64,000 nt of DNA from Promethearchaeota archaeon. GTDB taxonomy: Archaea > Asgardarchaeota > Lokiarchaeia > Sigyniarchaeales > SOKP01. Numbering within the stretch: position 1 is the stretch's first letter; every line of letters starts with the position of its first letter. The stretch lies in NCBI GenBank assembly GCA_019057865.1, contig JAHLWP010000008.1:1-64000 (forward strand). Direction: 5' to 3'. Below the pieces are notes generated by a model that saw only the letters and a list, made by a program, of their open reading frames with translations, was not told the DNA's origin and made no database searches. The translations under genes and the position numbers were made by a program. Shown in pieces: positions 41,039-51,095 of the stretch.

Positions 41039-41434
41039 ATGAGAAACAAATGTGAAAATTGCGGAAAGTGTTGCTTAGAAACAGAAATGATTCTTTCTCC
41101 ACAAGATATTAAAATAATAATAAATAGTTTGCCTAATAATATAAGAAAAGAAGATTTTACATTTAAAAATATTAATGAGCAGTATCAATTAAGAAATATT
41201 GAAGGCCATTGCTTTTTTTTAGATTATTCTAATAAGGAATGTAAGATCTATAAGTTTCGACCTCAAGGATGTAAGTTTTACCCGTTAATATATGATATTA
41301 ATAAAAAAAAGTGTAGACTTGATGAAGAATGTCCTAGAAATAACCTTTTCTATAAAGACAATCAAACTTTAAGAAATGAATGTCAAAATGTAAAGATGTT
41401 TTTAAAAAATCAATTAAATATAAAAATCAATTAA
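41039..41434 (+). CDS. YkgJ-family CxxCxxCC cysteine-cluster protein
   Basis: CENCGKCC, C.FL....C.IY..RP.GC..YP. Confidence 0.88.
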   Translation: MRNKCENCGKCCLETEMILSPQDIKIIINSLPNNIRKEDFTFKNINEQYQLRNIEGHCFFLDYSNKECKIYKFRPQGCKFYPLIYDINKKKCRLDEECPRNNLFYKDNQTLRNECQNVKMFLKNQLNIKIN

Positions 41435-41513
41435 AGAGCAAGATTATTTAGCAGATTTCAGGTTTATGGATAATTGGGAAGATTTTGATGATTTTTAATA
41501 AATAAATTTTTTT

Positions 41514-44420
41514 TTATTTTTTTTCAATAATAACGTCATTATCAATTATTAATTCAATAATTGGAACGTTAGGAATGGATGTAGGAAGAGCCGATACATC
41601 AGTGTTCAATAGCTCTATGCTATATTGTACACCTTTTATTTTCCCTATTTCACTGAAGATCCAATCGAGATTTTTAGATAAATCTGGATAGCCTTGAATT
41701 TCAATTTCTACCAGATCCTCAGTAGGATTAACAGAAAATAAAAACGATTGATCATACAAATGATCCACTGGTTCACATGGAAAATGAGGCTCTATTTCGA
41801 AATTGAGCTCCAATTTTGTTATTATATTTTTAATTTTCTGAAATTTTTTAGGAAGCATCCGTAATAGTTCTGATTTAGAAAAAGTGATTTTGTCTCTTAC
41901 AAAAAATATTTCATACCAAAGTTCTGACAGATCACTGTATTCTTTAAACCACGTATTTTTTAACTCCTTTACTATATTTGGATCATTTAAATTTCTTAGA
42001 TCGCTATTTCTTGATTTAAATCGTCTCGTAACTTCCTCCTTATACATCCGCTCATCAATTATTTCGTCACATCTGAGGTGGAGGATATCTCTTATTGATA
42101 GAGTCTTTAGCATATCTTTCAAGGTTTTCGATCCTAGCATCTTTTTGAACTTTTCTTTGTCTTGGTCTACAGAATTGCCTAGATGACGTACATCAAGTAA
42201 GGCATTAAAATATGTTCTAATCTCTTTTTTCGTCGTTTCGTCCATGACTTCATATCTTTTAAGGAGCGTCAATGATAGATTATAAAAGATAAGTTCTTTT
42301 GTGACCTCTTTAACTATTTTAAACAATAACTGCTTTAAATCAGATGACCAGTAGACAAAATTACCTGCTTCGCTTCCAAGTATATAGTTGAGTATATAAA
42401 CATCACTGCTAATACTAACATCTCCACTAAATAAATCTTCCACTGGTCCCTTAAGATTTGGAGCTATGATAGCAGATGCCTCTTCTATGGATAAGAAACC
42501 AAAATCTTTAAACATAAATTCTTCTTTCCAAAAGGAATCCAAGTACCCATACTCAAGTAAAAAACGAAAAATTCGAAAATGATGAGGATTCCACCACTCA
42601 AATCCGACAGACAATTCCTTGACTATTGCTTTTGAATTTGGTATGATGATCTCAGATATATCTTTCTTAGACAAATAAGCTAAATAACCATGCTCTATTA
42701 AAATTAGAAACCTATAAGAATCCCACTGTTTAAATCCGTTAGCCAATTCTTTTTTGACTATCGTTATTAAATCTTTATCTTCGTACAAGTACATATGCTC
42801 CAGTAAAAAATCTACGCTTTTGAGAGGAATTTTTTGTAAGATATCTTGAGTTAGTATCGCTAATTTTTCGTCCTTATTCAAGAGGTTGAAATACCCACCA
42901 TTGCTAGAAAATAGAAAATTTAAGAATCCAGCAGATGAGTCTTCTTTAAGCATCTTTGATACTTCCTCTTTAATAATGATTAATAATTCTTCTCTGTCTG
43001 GTGCCGTTTTCAATTTCCTCAACTCTTTAAACACACTATCAAAATCGTAAAGGGAATTCAGATCTGTAAAGTAATATTTTTTATATAATCGAAAATTTCT
43101 TCGGATTAATTCTTTCATTACAGTCTTGAATTCAAACGGCAAACTTTTCAAAATTTTTTTCGACGCATTGTGTAAGATGTCTTGAGTTAACACAGTTGAT
43201 AACTCTTCTTTCTTTAGCAAGAAGAGATACTTTTCAAAGTTAATATCCATTTTTACAATTTTAGACAAATTCGGCGTTATAATCGCAGATAATTCTTCTA
43301 TTGATAAAAAATCTAAATAATTATACTTAATTAGAATGTCAATCTTCTTAGAATCCCCATGATCAAATATTTCAGTTATTTCCTCTTTGACCATCGTTTT
43401 TAACCATTCATTTAATGATTTACCAAGTAAATAACCGAGTATGGCGCGATCACTGACACGATCTCTGAACACATCTTTCAATAATTTTTTGAATTTCGGA
43501 GTTATAATCGCAGAGAGTCTTTCTTTAGAAATATATTCCAAGTATCCACGCCGATAAAAAAAATAAAGAGTTTCTAAGGATTCTTTTTCAAGTATTTTGG
43601 CTAAAGCTTCTTTGACCATCGTTTTCAAATCTTCATTTAATGATCTTTCAAGTAAATAGCTAATCAGTTGGAGATCTTGTTTCCTACCTCTTAACAAATC
43701 TTTTAATAATAAGTAGAAATTCGGAGGTATGATCTCAGATAGATCTTCTTTGGACAAAGATAAGGAATCCAAGTGTCCGTGATCAACTAAAAAACGAATC
43801 ATATCAAGATCTCCCCGTCCTAATCCTTCGGCTAATTCCTCTTTGAGTATTGATTTTAATTCTTCATTTAACGATCTCTCAAGTAAATAGTTGAGTAGTT
43901 GGTGATCTTCTTTAGAAACACTTCCTGTAAGGACGTGAATTAATTCTTTAAAATTCGGAGTTATAATTGCAGATAAATCTTCTTTAGACAAAGAATCCAA
44001 GTATTCGTGTTCAAATAAAAAACGAATCATCTCTACAGATCCATGTTCAAATCTTTTAGCGATTTCTTCTTTTAGTATCATACTACTAACGCATCCTTCT
44101 TCAACCAACTTCTTAAGCAGAGAAAAGGATAAATTACTGTGCAACATTCTAGTATTAAAGTTGTTTTCTACCCAGGCTTGTAAATTGGAACAATGGACGA
44201 AAAATCTGGTTTCTGGATCGATTACAATAGTCTTAGGGGATTCTTTAATATCATCGATTGATTCTAGCAGTAGTACATTTTCAATTTCATCAGTGTGAAC
44301 GGTAGTTAACACATGGGAACATTGGATAAAATGATGTCCATTTATGTAAATTGCGGTTTTATCATTCTCTGTAAGAACGACTTCTAAATAGTCCGTGATT
44401 GGGAAACGTTTTTTAATCAT
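41514..44420 (-). CDS. Large helical-repeat protein with Lokiarchaeia-type N-terminal domain
   Basis: N-terminal FVHCSNLQAWVENNFNTRMLHSNLSFSLLKKL; degenerate repeats of about 75-80 aa (KEE....F..G....I.FL....YLD.LSKE.LS.II.PN). Confidence 0.75.
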   Translation of the reverse strand: MIKKRFPITDYLEVVLTENDKTAIYINGHHFIQCSHVLTTVHTDEIENVLLLESIDDIKESPKTIVIDPETRFFVHCSNLQAWVENNFNTRMLHSNLSFSLLKKLVEEGCVSSMILKEEIAKRFEHGSVEMIRFLFEHEYLDSLSKEDLSAIITPNFKELIHVLTGSVSKEDHQLLNYLLERSLNEELKSILKEELAEGLGRGDLDMIRFLVDHGHLDSLSLSKEDLSEIIPPNFYLLLKDLLRGRKQDLQLISYLLERSLNEDLKTMVKEALAKILEKESLETLYFFYRRGYLEYISKERLSAIITPKFKKLLKDVFRDRVSDRAILGYLLGKSLNEWLKTMVKEEITEIFDHGDSKKIDILIKYNYLDFLSIEELSAIITPNLSKIVKMDINFEKYLFLLKKEELSTVLTQDILHNASKKILKSLPFEFKTVMKELIRRNFRLYKKYYFTDLNSLYDFDSVFKELRKLKTAPDREELLIIIKEEVSKMLKEDSSAGFLNFLFSSNGGYFNLLNKDEKLAILTQDILQKIPLKSVDFLLEHMYLYEDKDLITIVKKELANGFKQWDSYRFLILIEHGYLAYLSKKDISEIIIPNSKAIVKELSVGFEWWNPHHFRIFRFLLEYGYLDSFWKEEFMFKDFGFLSIEEASAIIAPNLKGPVEDLFSGDVSISSDVYILNYILGSEAGNFVYWSSDLKQLLFKIVKEVTKELIFYNLSLTLLKRYEVMDETTKKEIRTYFNALLDVRHLGNSVDQDKEKFKKMLGSKTLKDMLKTLSIRDILHLRCDEIIDERMYKEEVTRRFKSRNSDLRNLNDPNIVKELKNTWFKEYSDLSELWYEIFFVRDKITFSKSELLRMLPKKFQKIKNIITKLELNFEIEPHFPCEPVDHLYDQSFLFSVNPTEDLVEIEIQGYPDLSKNLDWIFSEIGKIKGVQYSIELLNTDVSALPTSIPNVPIIELIIDNDVIIEKK

Positions 44421-44598
44421 ATTTAGACTCTACTCTATAAACAGAACTACAGTATTTAAAATTATGCGCTAATTTACAATAGAAAAAGCAAGGCGACAGT
44501 TAGTTAAGGCGCTCGCCGCAAGTGTTGCAATATATATCATTTTTTTCCACTACACTTTTACACGTTTTACAATATATCTTTTTTTCAATATAAGTTTT

Positions 44599-46359
44599 TT
44601 AAGCAAGATCTTTTTTCTCTTCTTCGATGTTAACTTCATGTTCAATTTCAAACTTTTTACGCGCATCTACATCTTTCTTAACAATAAGGTCCCTACGAGA
44701 TTCTGCATATTTATTAGGTTTTAATTTTCTCACTGGCATTCCAAAATACACCCATCCTGGTTCTAAAACTTGATCATATACAGTAAATGACATAGCACCA
44801 ACAAAAGTCTCATTGCCTACAATTGTACCTGGAGCGATTGTGGTCTGTCCGCCAATAAGAACGTAATCACCAAATATTACCTTCTTGATAATCAAATATT
44901 TGCCAACAACCATGGAAGACATGATAGTTGCCGCTTGCCCGATTAAATTTCTGCGCCCGAATTGAATAAACTCTCCATCACACCATGAATCATACAGACC
45001 ACTCGAAAAATCCATCTTTACTCCAAAAAGCTTGAAAGCTAGTACATCAGTCCATGGAAATGGCCAATTTCGTACGAGCCAAAGGGAAATTTTTTTTAGC
45101 TCAGTTCTTAACATCCAGAATTCAAAATCTGTATCGCCAATTTCAGCCTTGAAAACACCTTCTTTGGGACGATGAAATAAATTTATAAGAATCAAAAAAA
45201 GCTTGCTAAAAAAGAAACATCCAAGTATAAAAGTTAGATGCATTATTATCAACATCGCAGGCAAAAATAAGAGCATTAAATACAAGTTTGCAACGAAATA
45301 AGTGTACATATAGAAAAGCATTGAAACTAAAAATCCACTACAAAAAAATATTGGGATATATACTGCTAAAAATTTTATATTAACTCTACTGATTGCACTA
45401 CTCGTTGTGAAATTAAGCGATAAATCTTTAATATCATCCTCCTCATTCTGGTTTTGTGACTCAAGCGGTGGAGTATCAGTTGAATCTTCAACGTCCTCTA
45501 ATTGTTTTAGGCTTTCGGGATCTATTTTTAAATAGTTCTTGATTCTTCTTTTAAATATTTTCCGGAGGGGTAGTGCCCCTTGCGAAAAATAATAACCATT
45601 TCCTTTTATCACACTATGTTTTGTGGCTGAAGCTAAAGGAAGTAAATAAGAGTTATCATATATTTCCGATCCTGAAGCAATTAGGTTCATCGCTGCTGCT
45701 GTAACATTATCTCCTACTTTAATTTTAAAGTATGAGATATTACCGAATATTCCATCGACCAGATGGGTCGCTAAAGCTGAATTCACGCCGATATAGCAGT
45801 TTTCGCCAATCTCGAGAAACTTATCATTAACTACAGATTCTTCTAATATCGTTCCTTTCCCAATTTTGCTTGATTTTACAAAATTATAAAGCCAAGGCAC
45901 TAGCCATGGAAAAAACCCTTTCGTGAAAGTATTTTTGGGATATTTCAGCAGAAAAGATCTTATATGATAATAGTTTAATGTCTTACTTGGGAGATTTCGA
46001 GGTATTATTCCTGATTTCGAAGGAGATCTTTTCTCTGTTAATCCCCAGAACCAGCGAGCAATTAAAGCAATTAAAAATAAGTGAATTAAGTAGCATCCGA
46101 TAATGACTAATGGCATAGATATTAATGCCAAAAGGGGTTTAAAATTGATAAAAAGTGAAAGAAAATTTGTTGTTTCTAAAAAGTAAGGTAAAAAATAAAA
46201 CAATACATATGTCATGAAGATTATTACTGGGACCAAATAAGATATTAAATAAATAGTAAAAAAAATAATTAAATACCAGAAATATTGAAACTGGACATCT
46301 TCTTTTATTATATTTTTGATTGAAAGACTTGGACTTACTTTTTCTTTTATTTTAGGCAT
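44599..46359 (-). CDS. Fused A-B membrane left-handed beta-helix acyltransferase-like protein (paralog of 39024..40910)
   Basis: Shares near-identical blocks with 39024..40910 (NDKFLEIGENCY.GVNSAL, FTTSSAISRVNIKFLA, PKEGVFKAEI..TDFEFWM). Confidence 0.8.
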   Translation of the reverse strand: MPKIKEKVSPSLSIKNIIKEDVQFQYFWYLIIFFTIYLISYLVPVIIFMTYVLFYFLPYFLETTNFLSLFINFKPLLALISMPLVIIGCYLIHLFLIALIARWFWGLTEKRSPSKSGIIPRNLPSKTLNYYHIRSFLLKYPKNTFTKGFFPWLVPWLYNFVKSSKIGKGTILEESVVNDKFLEIGENCYIGVNSALATHLVDGIFGNISYFKIKVGDNVTAAAMNLIASGSEIYDNSYLLPLASATKHSVIKGNGYYFSQGALPLRKIFKRRIKNYLKIDPESLKQLEDVEDSTDTPPLESQNQNEEDDIKDLSLNFTTSSAISRVNIKFLAVYIPIFFCSGFLVSMLFYMYTYFVANLYLMLLFLPAMLIIMHLTFILGCFFFSKLFLILINLFHRPKEGVFKAEIGDTDFEFWMLRTELKKISLWLVRNWPFPWTDVLAFKLFGVKMDFSSGLYDSWCDGEFIQFGRRNLIGQAATIMSSMVVGKYLIIKKVIFGDYVLIGGQTTIAPGTIVGNETFVGAMSFTVYDQVLEPGWVYFGMPVRKLKPNKYAESRRDLIVKKDVDARKKFEIEHEVNIEEEKKDLA

Positions 46360-46583
46360 ATAATAAATTTTATATTAATAATTTTCAGATATATTTACTA
46401 GTTAAGTATTTTTTTCTAAAAAACTCTGATAATAATTAATAATATTTGTTATATTAAGTTGAATCTTTAGAATTTTTAAATAAAATGGACTCCAATACCC
46501 TTTGGATACAGATACTTTAGATAGATATTATTGATTACTTTCAGAAATAAAAAATAAAGAAAAAAATAAAGAAAAAAATAAAA

Positions 46584-46838
46584 TTAAGATTTATTTCTCT
46601 TTCTTATTAAGATGAAAGCTATGACACCCACCACCTCCAAAAGTATGTACACATCATAACCAGGAATTTCAGGTGATGGTTGCTTAACCACATCCTTTAT
46701 CATGATATTTTCCGCAGAAGTCTCAAACCCTAATGAATTGTTCACATAAAATTTGAGAGTAACAGCTCCATTTTCTCGCTTATTCCATTCCGTCTGGCTA
46801 ATTTGTCCTGTGGGTCCGGTGAAAGTAATATTTATCAA
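46584..46838 (-). pseudogene. C-terminal fragment of a surface protein with an IPGY-TM-basic sorting tail
   Basis: Partial beta-sandwich-like sequence followed by EIPGYDVYILLEVVGVIAFILIRKRNKS; no signal peptide; non-ATG start. Confidence 0.55.
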
Positions 46839-46923
46839 TATCTTTATAAAAAAAGCTATCCTATATAGTTTGAAATCTACAATTTAGTAATATTTCAATA
46901 TTCATTGTAGAGGATGAGAAATC

Positions 46924-48495
46924 TTGAAGAAAAAAAATTTTAAAATCTTAATATTAATAATAGTTGTAATTTCAACAGTATTTTTTATAAATAGATCTTT
47001 TGCAACTAAAAATCAAACTATTGGAGAATCAAGTGTAACTAACATTGAGATACCTCAATTATCATTTGAGACTTTATGGACACCTAATGGTATGGCCATA
47101 TGTACAGCGGAAGATAATCAAAATTTCCCTCAAATATGTAGTGATGGGGCAGGGGGAGCAATCATTACTTGGGTAGATGATAGAAGCTCGGAATTAGATA
47201 TTTACGCTCAGAGGGTTGATTCAGATGGAAATATTCAATGGACACCTAACGGAACAGCCATCTGTACCGCAGACAATGACCAAGAGGATCCTCAAATATG
47301 TAGTGATGGGGCAGGGGGAGCAATCATTACATGGGATGATCAGAGAAGCTTATCTGATGGAATTTATGCTCAGAGGGTTGATTCAACTGGTAATATTCAA
47401 TGGACGCTTAACGGAACAGCAATTTGTACAGCACCTGAGTTCCAATCTGGACCTCAGATATGCAGTGATGGGGCAGGGGGAGCAATTATAACATGGTTGG
47501 ATACTAGAGGAGGTAGTGATAATATCTACACACAAAAAGTTAATGCAACTGGAGATGTGCAATGGGTCATCAATGGTATAGCTATATATATAGAAGGTTT
47601 TATCCAATTAGCCCCTCAAATATGCAGTGACGGAGCAGGAGGGGCGATTATTGCATGGGATGATCTTAGAAGCGAATTAGATGAAGATATTTACGCCCAA
47701 ATGGTTGATTCAGATGGAGTTGTGCAATGGGCAAGTAATGGTACAGCTATATGTACGGCAAATAATGAACAACTGTATTATCAAATATCTGCTGATGGAG
47801 CAGGGGGGGCAATCATAACATGGTCAGACTATAGAATTAATCCGTCAGGTGATATTTACGCCCAGAAAGTAGACTCGTCCGGGAATGTACAATGGACTAC
47901 CGATGGAATAGCTATATGCACGAATATTGACGGATTCCCCCTAAAATTTGTCCCCCAAATCTGTAGTGATGGAGGAGGAGGAGCGATTATCTCATGGAAC
48001 GGTTATGGCATGGGTATGGATATCTATGCTCAGAGAGTTGATTCAACTGGAAATGTACAATGGACTGTCAATGGCATAGCTATATGTACAGCAGATGGAA
48101 GGCAAGTTGATCATCAAATTTGTAGTGACGAAAATGGGGGTGCAATCATTACTTGGACAGATGGTAGATACTCAATTAGGGATATTTACGCTCAGAAAGT
48201 TAGTGCTAATGGAAATACACAATGGACGTCTAATGGGAAACCAATATGCACGGAAAGCAATACCCAAGCATACCCGCAAATTTGCAGCGACGGAACAGGT
48301 GACGCAATCATCACCTGGGAAGATCTTAGAAGTGGTGCAGACTACGACATTTACGCTCAGTGTATAAAAGATGTTCCATCGAAAGGAGGAGGAGCAATTC
48401 CATTTGGAAATTACTACCTCCTTTTTACTTTGATTAGTATACTTTCTCTAGTAATTCTTGAAAAATGCCGAAATATCCGCAAATTCAAATCCTAA
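46924..48495 (+). CDS. Secreted, membrane-anchored repeat protein (probable 8-bladed beta-propeller)
   Basis: Signal peptide; 8 repeats of about 54 aa; C-terminal IPFG + TM + basic tail. Confidence 0.85.
   Translation: MKKKNFKILILIIVVISTVFFINRSFATKNQTIGESSVTNIEIPQLSFETLWTPNGMAICTAEDNQNFPQICSDGAGGAIITWVDDRSSELDIYAQRVDSDGNIQWTPNGTAICTADNDQEDPQICSDGAGGAIITWDDQRSLSDGIYAQRVDSTGNIQWTLNGTAICTAPEFQSGPQICSDGAGGAIITWLDTRGGSDNIYTQKVNATGDVQWVINGIAIYIEGFIQLAPQICSDGAGGAIIAWDDLRSELDEDIYAQMVDSDGVVQWASNGTAICTANNEQLYYQISADGAGGAIITWSDYRINPSGDIYAQKVDSSGNVQWTTDGIAICTNIDGFPLKFVPQICSDGGGGAIISWNGYGMGMDIYAQRVDSTGNVQWTVNGIAICTADGRQVDHQICSDENGGAIITWTDGRYSIRDIYAQKVSANGNTQWTSNGKPICTESNTQAYPQICSDGTGDAIITWEDLRSGADYDIYAQCIKDVPSKGGGAIPFGNYYLLFTLISILSLVILEKCRNIRKFKS
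47077..48369 (+). repeat. Eight intragenic tandem repeats of about 162 nt
   Basis: Unit W..NG.AICT.....PQICSDG.GGAIITW.D.R...DIYAQ.VDS.GN.Q. The DNA block cctcaaatatgtagtgatggggcagggggagcaatcattac recurs exactly in units 1 and 2. Confidence 0.9.
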
Positions 48496-48595
48496 ATTAA
48501 ACCATATCCTAAATTAAACCAATAATAAGCTTAAATTTTTTTTTCTTTCTTTCAATATATTTTTACATTAAAATACAGAGATTTAGTTTTTAATT

Positions 48596-48634
48596 ATGAG
48601 AAAGGGTAATAGTAAGGCCATCCACCTTTATGAA
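48596..48634 (+). promoter_or_regulatory. Candidate SECIS-like hairpin upstream of the second Sec-peroxiredoxin
   Basis: ATGA-G-AAAGGGT-AATAGTAAGGCCATCC-ACCTTTA-TGAA: UGAN/NGAN core, 6 pairs plus one A-A mismatch, AA opening the loop. Confidence 0.35.
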
Positions 48635-48738
48635 TCGCATAAAAGAATAATAATTATAATTTTTAATAGGAATATAGTTAAGCAACATTTATTTCTTATT
48701 TATTTAAATTATAAATAAAATAACTAAGTGAACTCAAA

Positions 48739-49212
48739 TTGAAAGATAAATTTAATTTAATAGGAAAAAAAATCAAGGAATTTTCACTATCAAATTCTAG
48801 AGGGGAAACTAGAGATATCCGTGAATTTGAAGGTGAAAAAAACGTAGTAATTGTACTATTCAGGAGTAAAAGTTGACCTTATTCTAAAGCTCATTCAGAA
48901 AAATTAGGAAATGACTATGAAAAATTCATAGAACTAAATACAGAATTGTATGCAATCTTACCAGATGATTTCAAAAATGCTAAAAATTTTGAATCGAATT
49001 TTGCGAAAAAGTATCCTATATTTTATGATCATAAAAAAAAGGTAAATAAAATGTTAAAACAAGAAGTAAAGCCATTAAAATTAGGGAGAATGCCAGCGCT
49101 TCTTATCATAGATAAACAAGGGATTATAAGATATGCATATTATAGTGATTCTATGGATGATATCCCTGAGAATGAGGATTTATTTGAGGTACTTGAGAAC
49201 TTGAATAACTAA
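48739..49212 (+). CDS. Peroxiredoxin-like (AhpC/TSA) selenoprotein; Sec at codon 46 (TGA 48874-48876)
   Basis: Frame from TTG 48739: ...IGKKIKEFSLSNSRGE...NVVIVLFRSKS*PYSKAH..., running into the track ORF 48946..49212 (PALLIIDKQGIIRYAY). The TGA sits at the C of a C-P-Y-x motif. Confidence 0.8.
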
Positions 49213-49403
49213 AACGATTTGGTATGAATAAAATAGAATAAATTTTTGAATTTTATGCATAAAAGTTAGCCACACTTTACCAAATCAAAAATTGTTGCCA
49301 TATTACCACCTTAAGTAATAATTTGAATAATGGTAGAATGGATTAAGAAAATAATATTAATAAATATTACAGAACCATTTATCAAAACTATTTATTTCAG
49401 AAT

Positions 49404-50189
49404 TTAACTTAAGTAATAATCCTTTCTTCTGTCATAAATGATATCATTGAATTCATTCAGTTTCTTATCTCTAACTTTTTCTATATCAATTTCTACCAAA
49501 TCTATAGATGCTTTATCTGAGGGGGCTGATGATAAAACTTTTCCATCATATGAAGTAATCTGACTCTCCCCTGTGAATTTAAAATTATCCTCGCCCCTTG
49601 TCTCTCGTCCAATTCTGTTAGCTGTCACAGCATAAACTCGATTTTCTAAACATCGCGTAATTATTGCTTTTTGACAATAAGGAAGTACAAGATTTGCTGG
49701 ATGAGCGATAATATCGGCCCCAAGAAGAGTTAGAGTTCGAGCAGTTTCAGGAAAGAACCAATCAAAGCATATCATTATTCCTATTTTGATTCCATTGATT
49801 TCATATATTTTTAATGGTTTGTCACCAGGAACAAACCATAATTTTTCCTTGTAATACAAGTGAAGTTTTCTATACACTCCTAACAATTCTGAACCAGATA
49901 TTATCATAGCAGAATTAAATATTTTATCTTTATCTTTTTCTATAAACCCTCCAACTATAGTAGCCGAAGCCTTTTTAGATAAATCCTTTAAAAATTGAGC
50001 AGTTTGTCCATCTAATCCTTCTGATAATGATTCAGCTTCCTTTTTTGAAATAAATGTGTAACCTGTAGCAAATAATTCGGGTAAAACAATTAAATCTGCT
50101 CTCAATTTGGCTGTTAATTTTTCAATTTCCTTAAAATTTCGCTTTTTATCTCCAAAGAATGGTGATGTTTGAATATATCCAACTTTCAT
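49404..50189 (-). CDS. Carbon-nitrogen hydrolase (nitrilase family)
   Basis: Catalytic triad motifs LPELF, YRKLHL, ICFDWFFPE. Confidence 0.9.
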   Translation of the reverse strand: MKVGYIQTSPFFGDKKRNFKEIEKLTAKLRADLIVLPELFATGYTFISKKEAESLSEGLDGQTAQFLKDLSKKASATIVGGFIEKDKDKIFNSAMIISGSELLGVYRKLHLYYKEKLWFVPGDKPLKIYEINGIKIGIMICFDWFFPETARTLTLLGADIIAHPANLVLPYCQKAIITRCLENRVYAVTANRIGRETRGEDNFKFTGESQITSYDGKVLSSAPSDKASIDLVEIDIEKVRDKKLNEFNDIIYDRRKDYYLS

Positions 50190-50239
50190 TTTACATCAAA
50201 TATAATTTTATTTTAATAGAATAAGAAAATAAGGTTATT

Positions 50240-51091
50240 TTAATCAATTTCAGTTTCTTTATCCCTTCGCATTGTGTATAAATCCTCATATTTTGCAAGC
50301 GTTTTTAAATCCTCTTCTCCTTTCCTATCAATTATGTCTTCTAAATTATCTTCAAAATATACATTTTTCTTGTATTTCTTTGCTGGTGCTCCTAAGTAAA
50401 TATAATTTTCTTCTAATTCTTGACCAACAGTGGTCATTGAGTTACCTCCTAATATAGAATTCTTTTTCATATGCGTTCCAGGCATAACAATACTATGGGC
50501 ACCAATGACTGCGTTATTCTCAATAATCGTTTTCCTTATGATAAATAAATTTCCAACTATGATTGCTGATTGGACAATTGCGCTCTGTCCACAGACTATG
50601 TTTTTACCAAATTCTATAAATTCTGTATCTACCCACCCCTCAAAAAGAGAATTAGAATATTTAGTTTTAACACCAAACATTTTTAAACAGATATTATCCA
50701 TAAAAGGAAGGGGAAATTTATGAGATATCCAAAATGGCCATTTTTTTATAGTACTTCTTAAACTCCAATATCTATAATCTTTATCAGAAGGGTGCCTAAG
50801 AAAAACCCCCTCGCGCGGTTTATGAATAAGATTAACGATAACAAGAAAGATTTTTGCAAAAATTAAAGATACCATTATGGATGTTAAGTACATAACAAAT
50901 ATTAGAAGAGGTAAGAAAAATAAAAAATGAATAAATTTCCAGTCATATAGAAGATTCCAATACCACCAAAATTCAAACTGAATTGAAAAAATACTAATCC
51001 AAATTAAAAAAATATAGAAAGCTAAATATCTCTTTTTTACTAAGACTAACGTAGTATTTGGTCCAACTTTTAAACTCGATGGCACTGACAT
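50240..51091 (-). CDS. 2TM + left-handed beta-helix protein, module C
   Basis: Paralog of 38078..39019 (MSVP..L..GP, DKDYRYWSLR, SNSLFEGWVDTEFI). Start moved to ATG 51091 (GGAGGA upstream). Confidence 0.8.
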   Translation of the reverse strand: MSVPSSLKVGPNTTLVLVKKRYLAFYIFLIWISIFSIQFEFWWYWNLLYDWKFIHFLFFLPLLIFVMYLTSIMVSLIFAKIFLVIVNLIHKPREGVFLRHPSDKDYRYWSLRSTIKKWPFWISHKFPLPFMDNICLKMFGVKTKYSNSLFEGWVDTEFIEFGKNIVCGQSAIVQSAIIVGNLFIIRKTIIENNAVIGAHSIVMPGTHMKKNSILGGNSMTTVGQELEENYIYLGAPAKKYKKNVYFEDNLEDIIDRKGEEDLKTLAKYEDLYTMRRDKETEID

Positions 51092-51095
51092 ATTT

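Noticed and set aside
44461-44530. Integron attC-like site
   Set aside because: No proper RYYYAAC/GTTRRRY pair, no second copy, no integrase in the window.
47077-48369. Regularly spaced DNA repeats as a CRISPR array or DGR template
   Set aside because: They are in-frame coding repeats of about 162 nt with synonymous variation; no cas or reverse transcriptase gene is present.
48489-48521. Tandem duplication ATCCTAAATTAAACCA(T) x2 at a gene end, and an A-rich AAAAAATAAAG repeat near 46550-46583
   Set aside because: Two to three low-complexity copies, consistent with slippage or poly-T terminator tracts; no evidence of a mobile-element target duplication.
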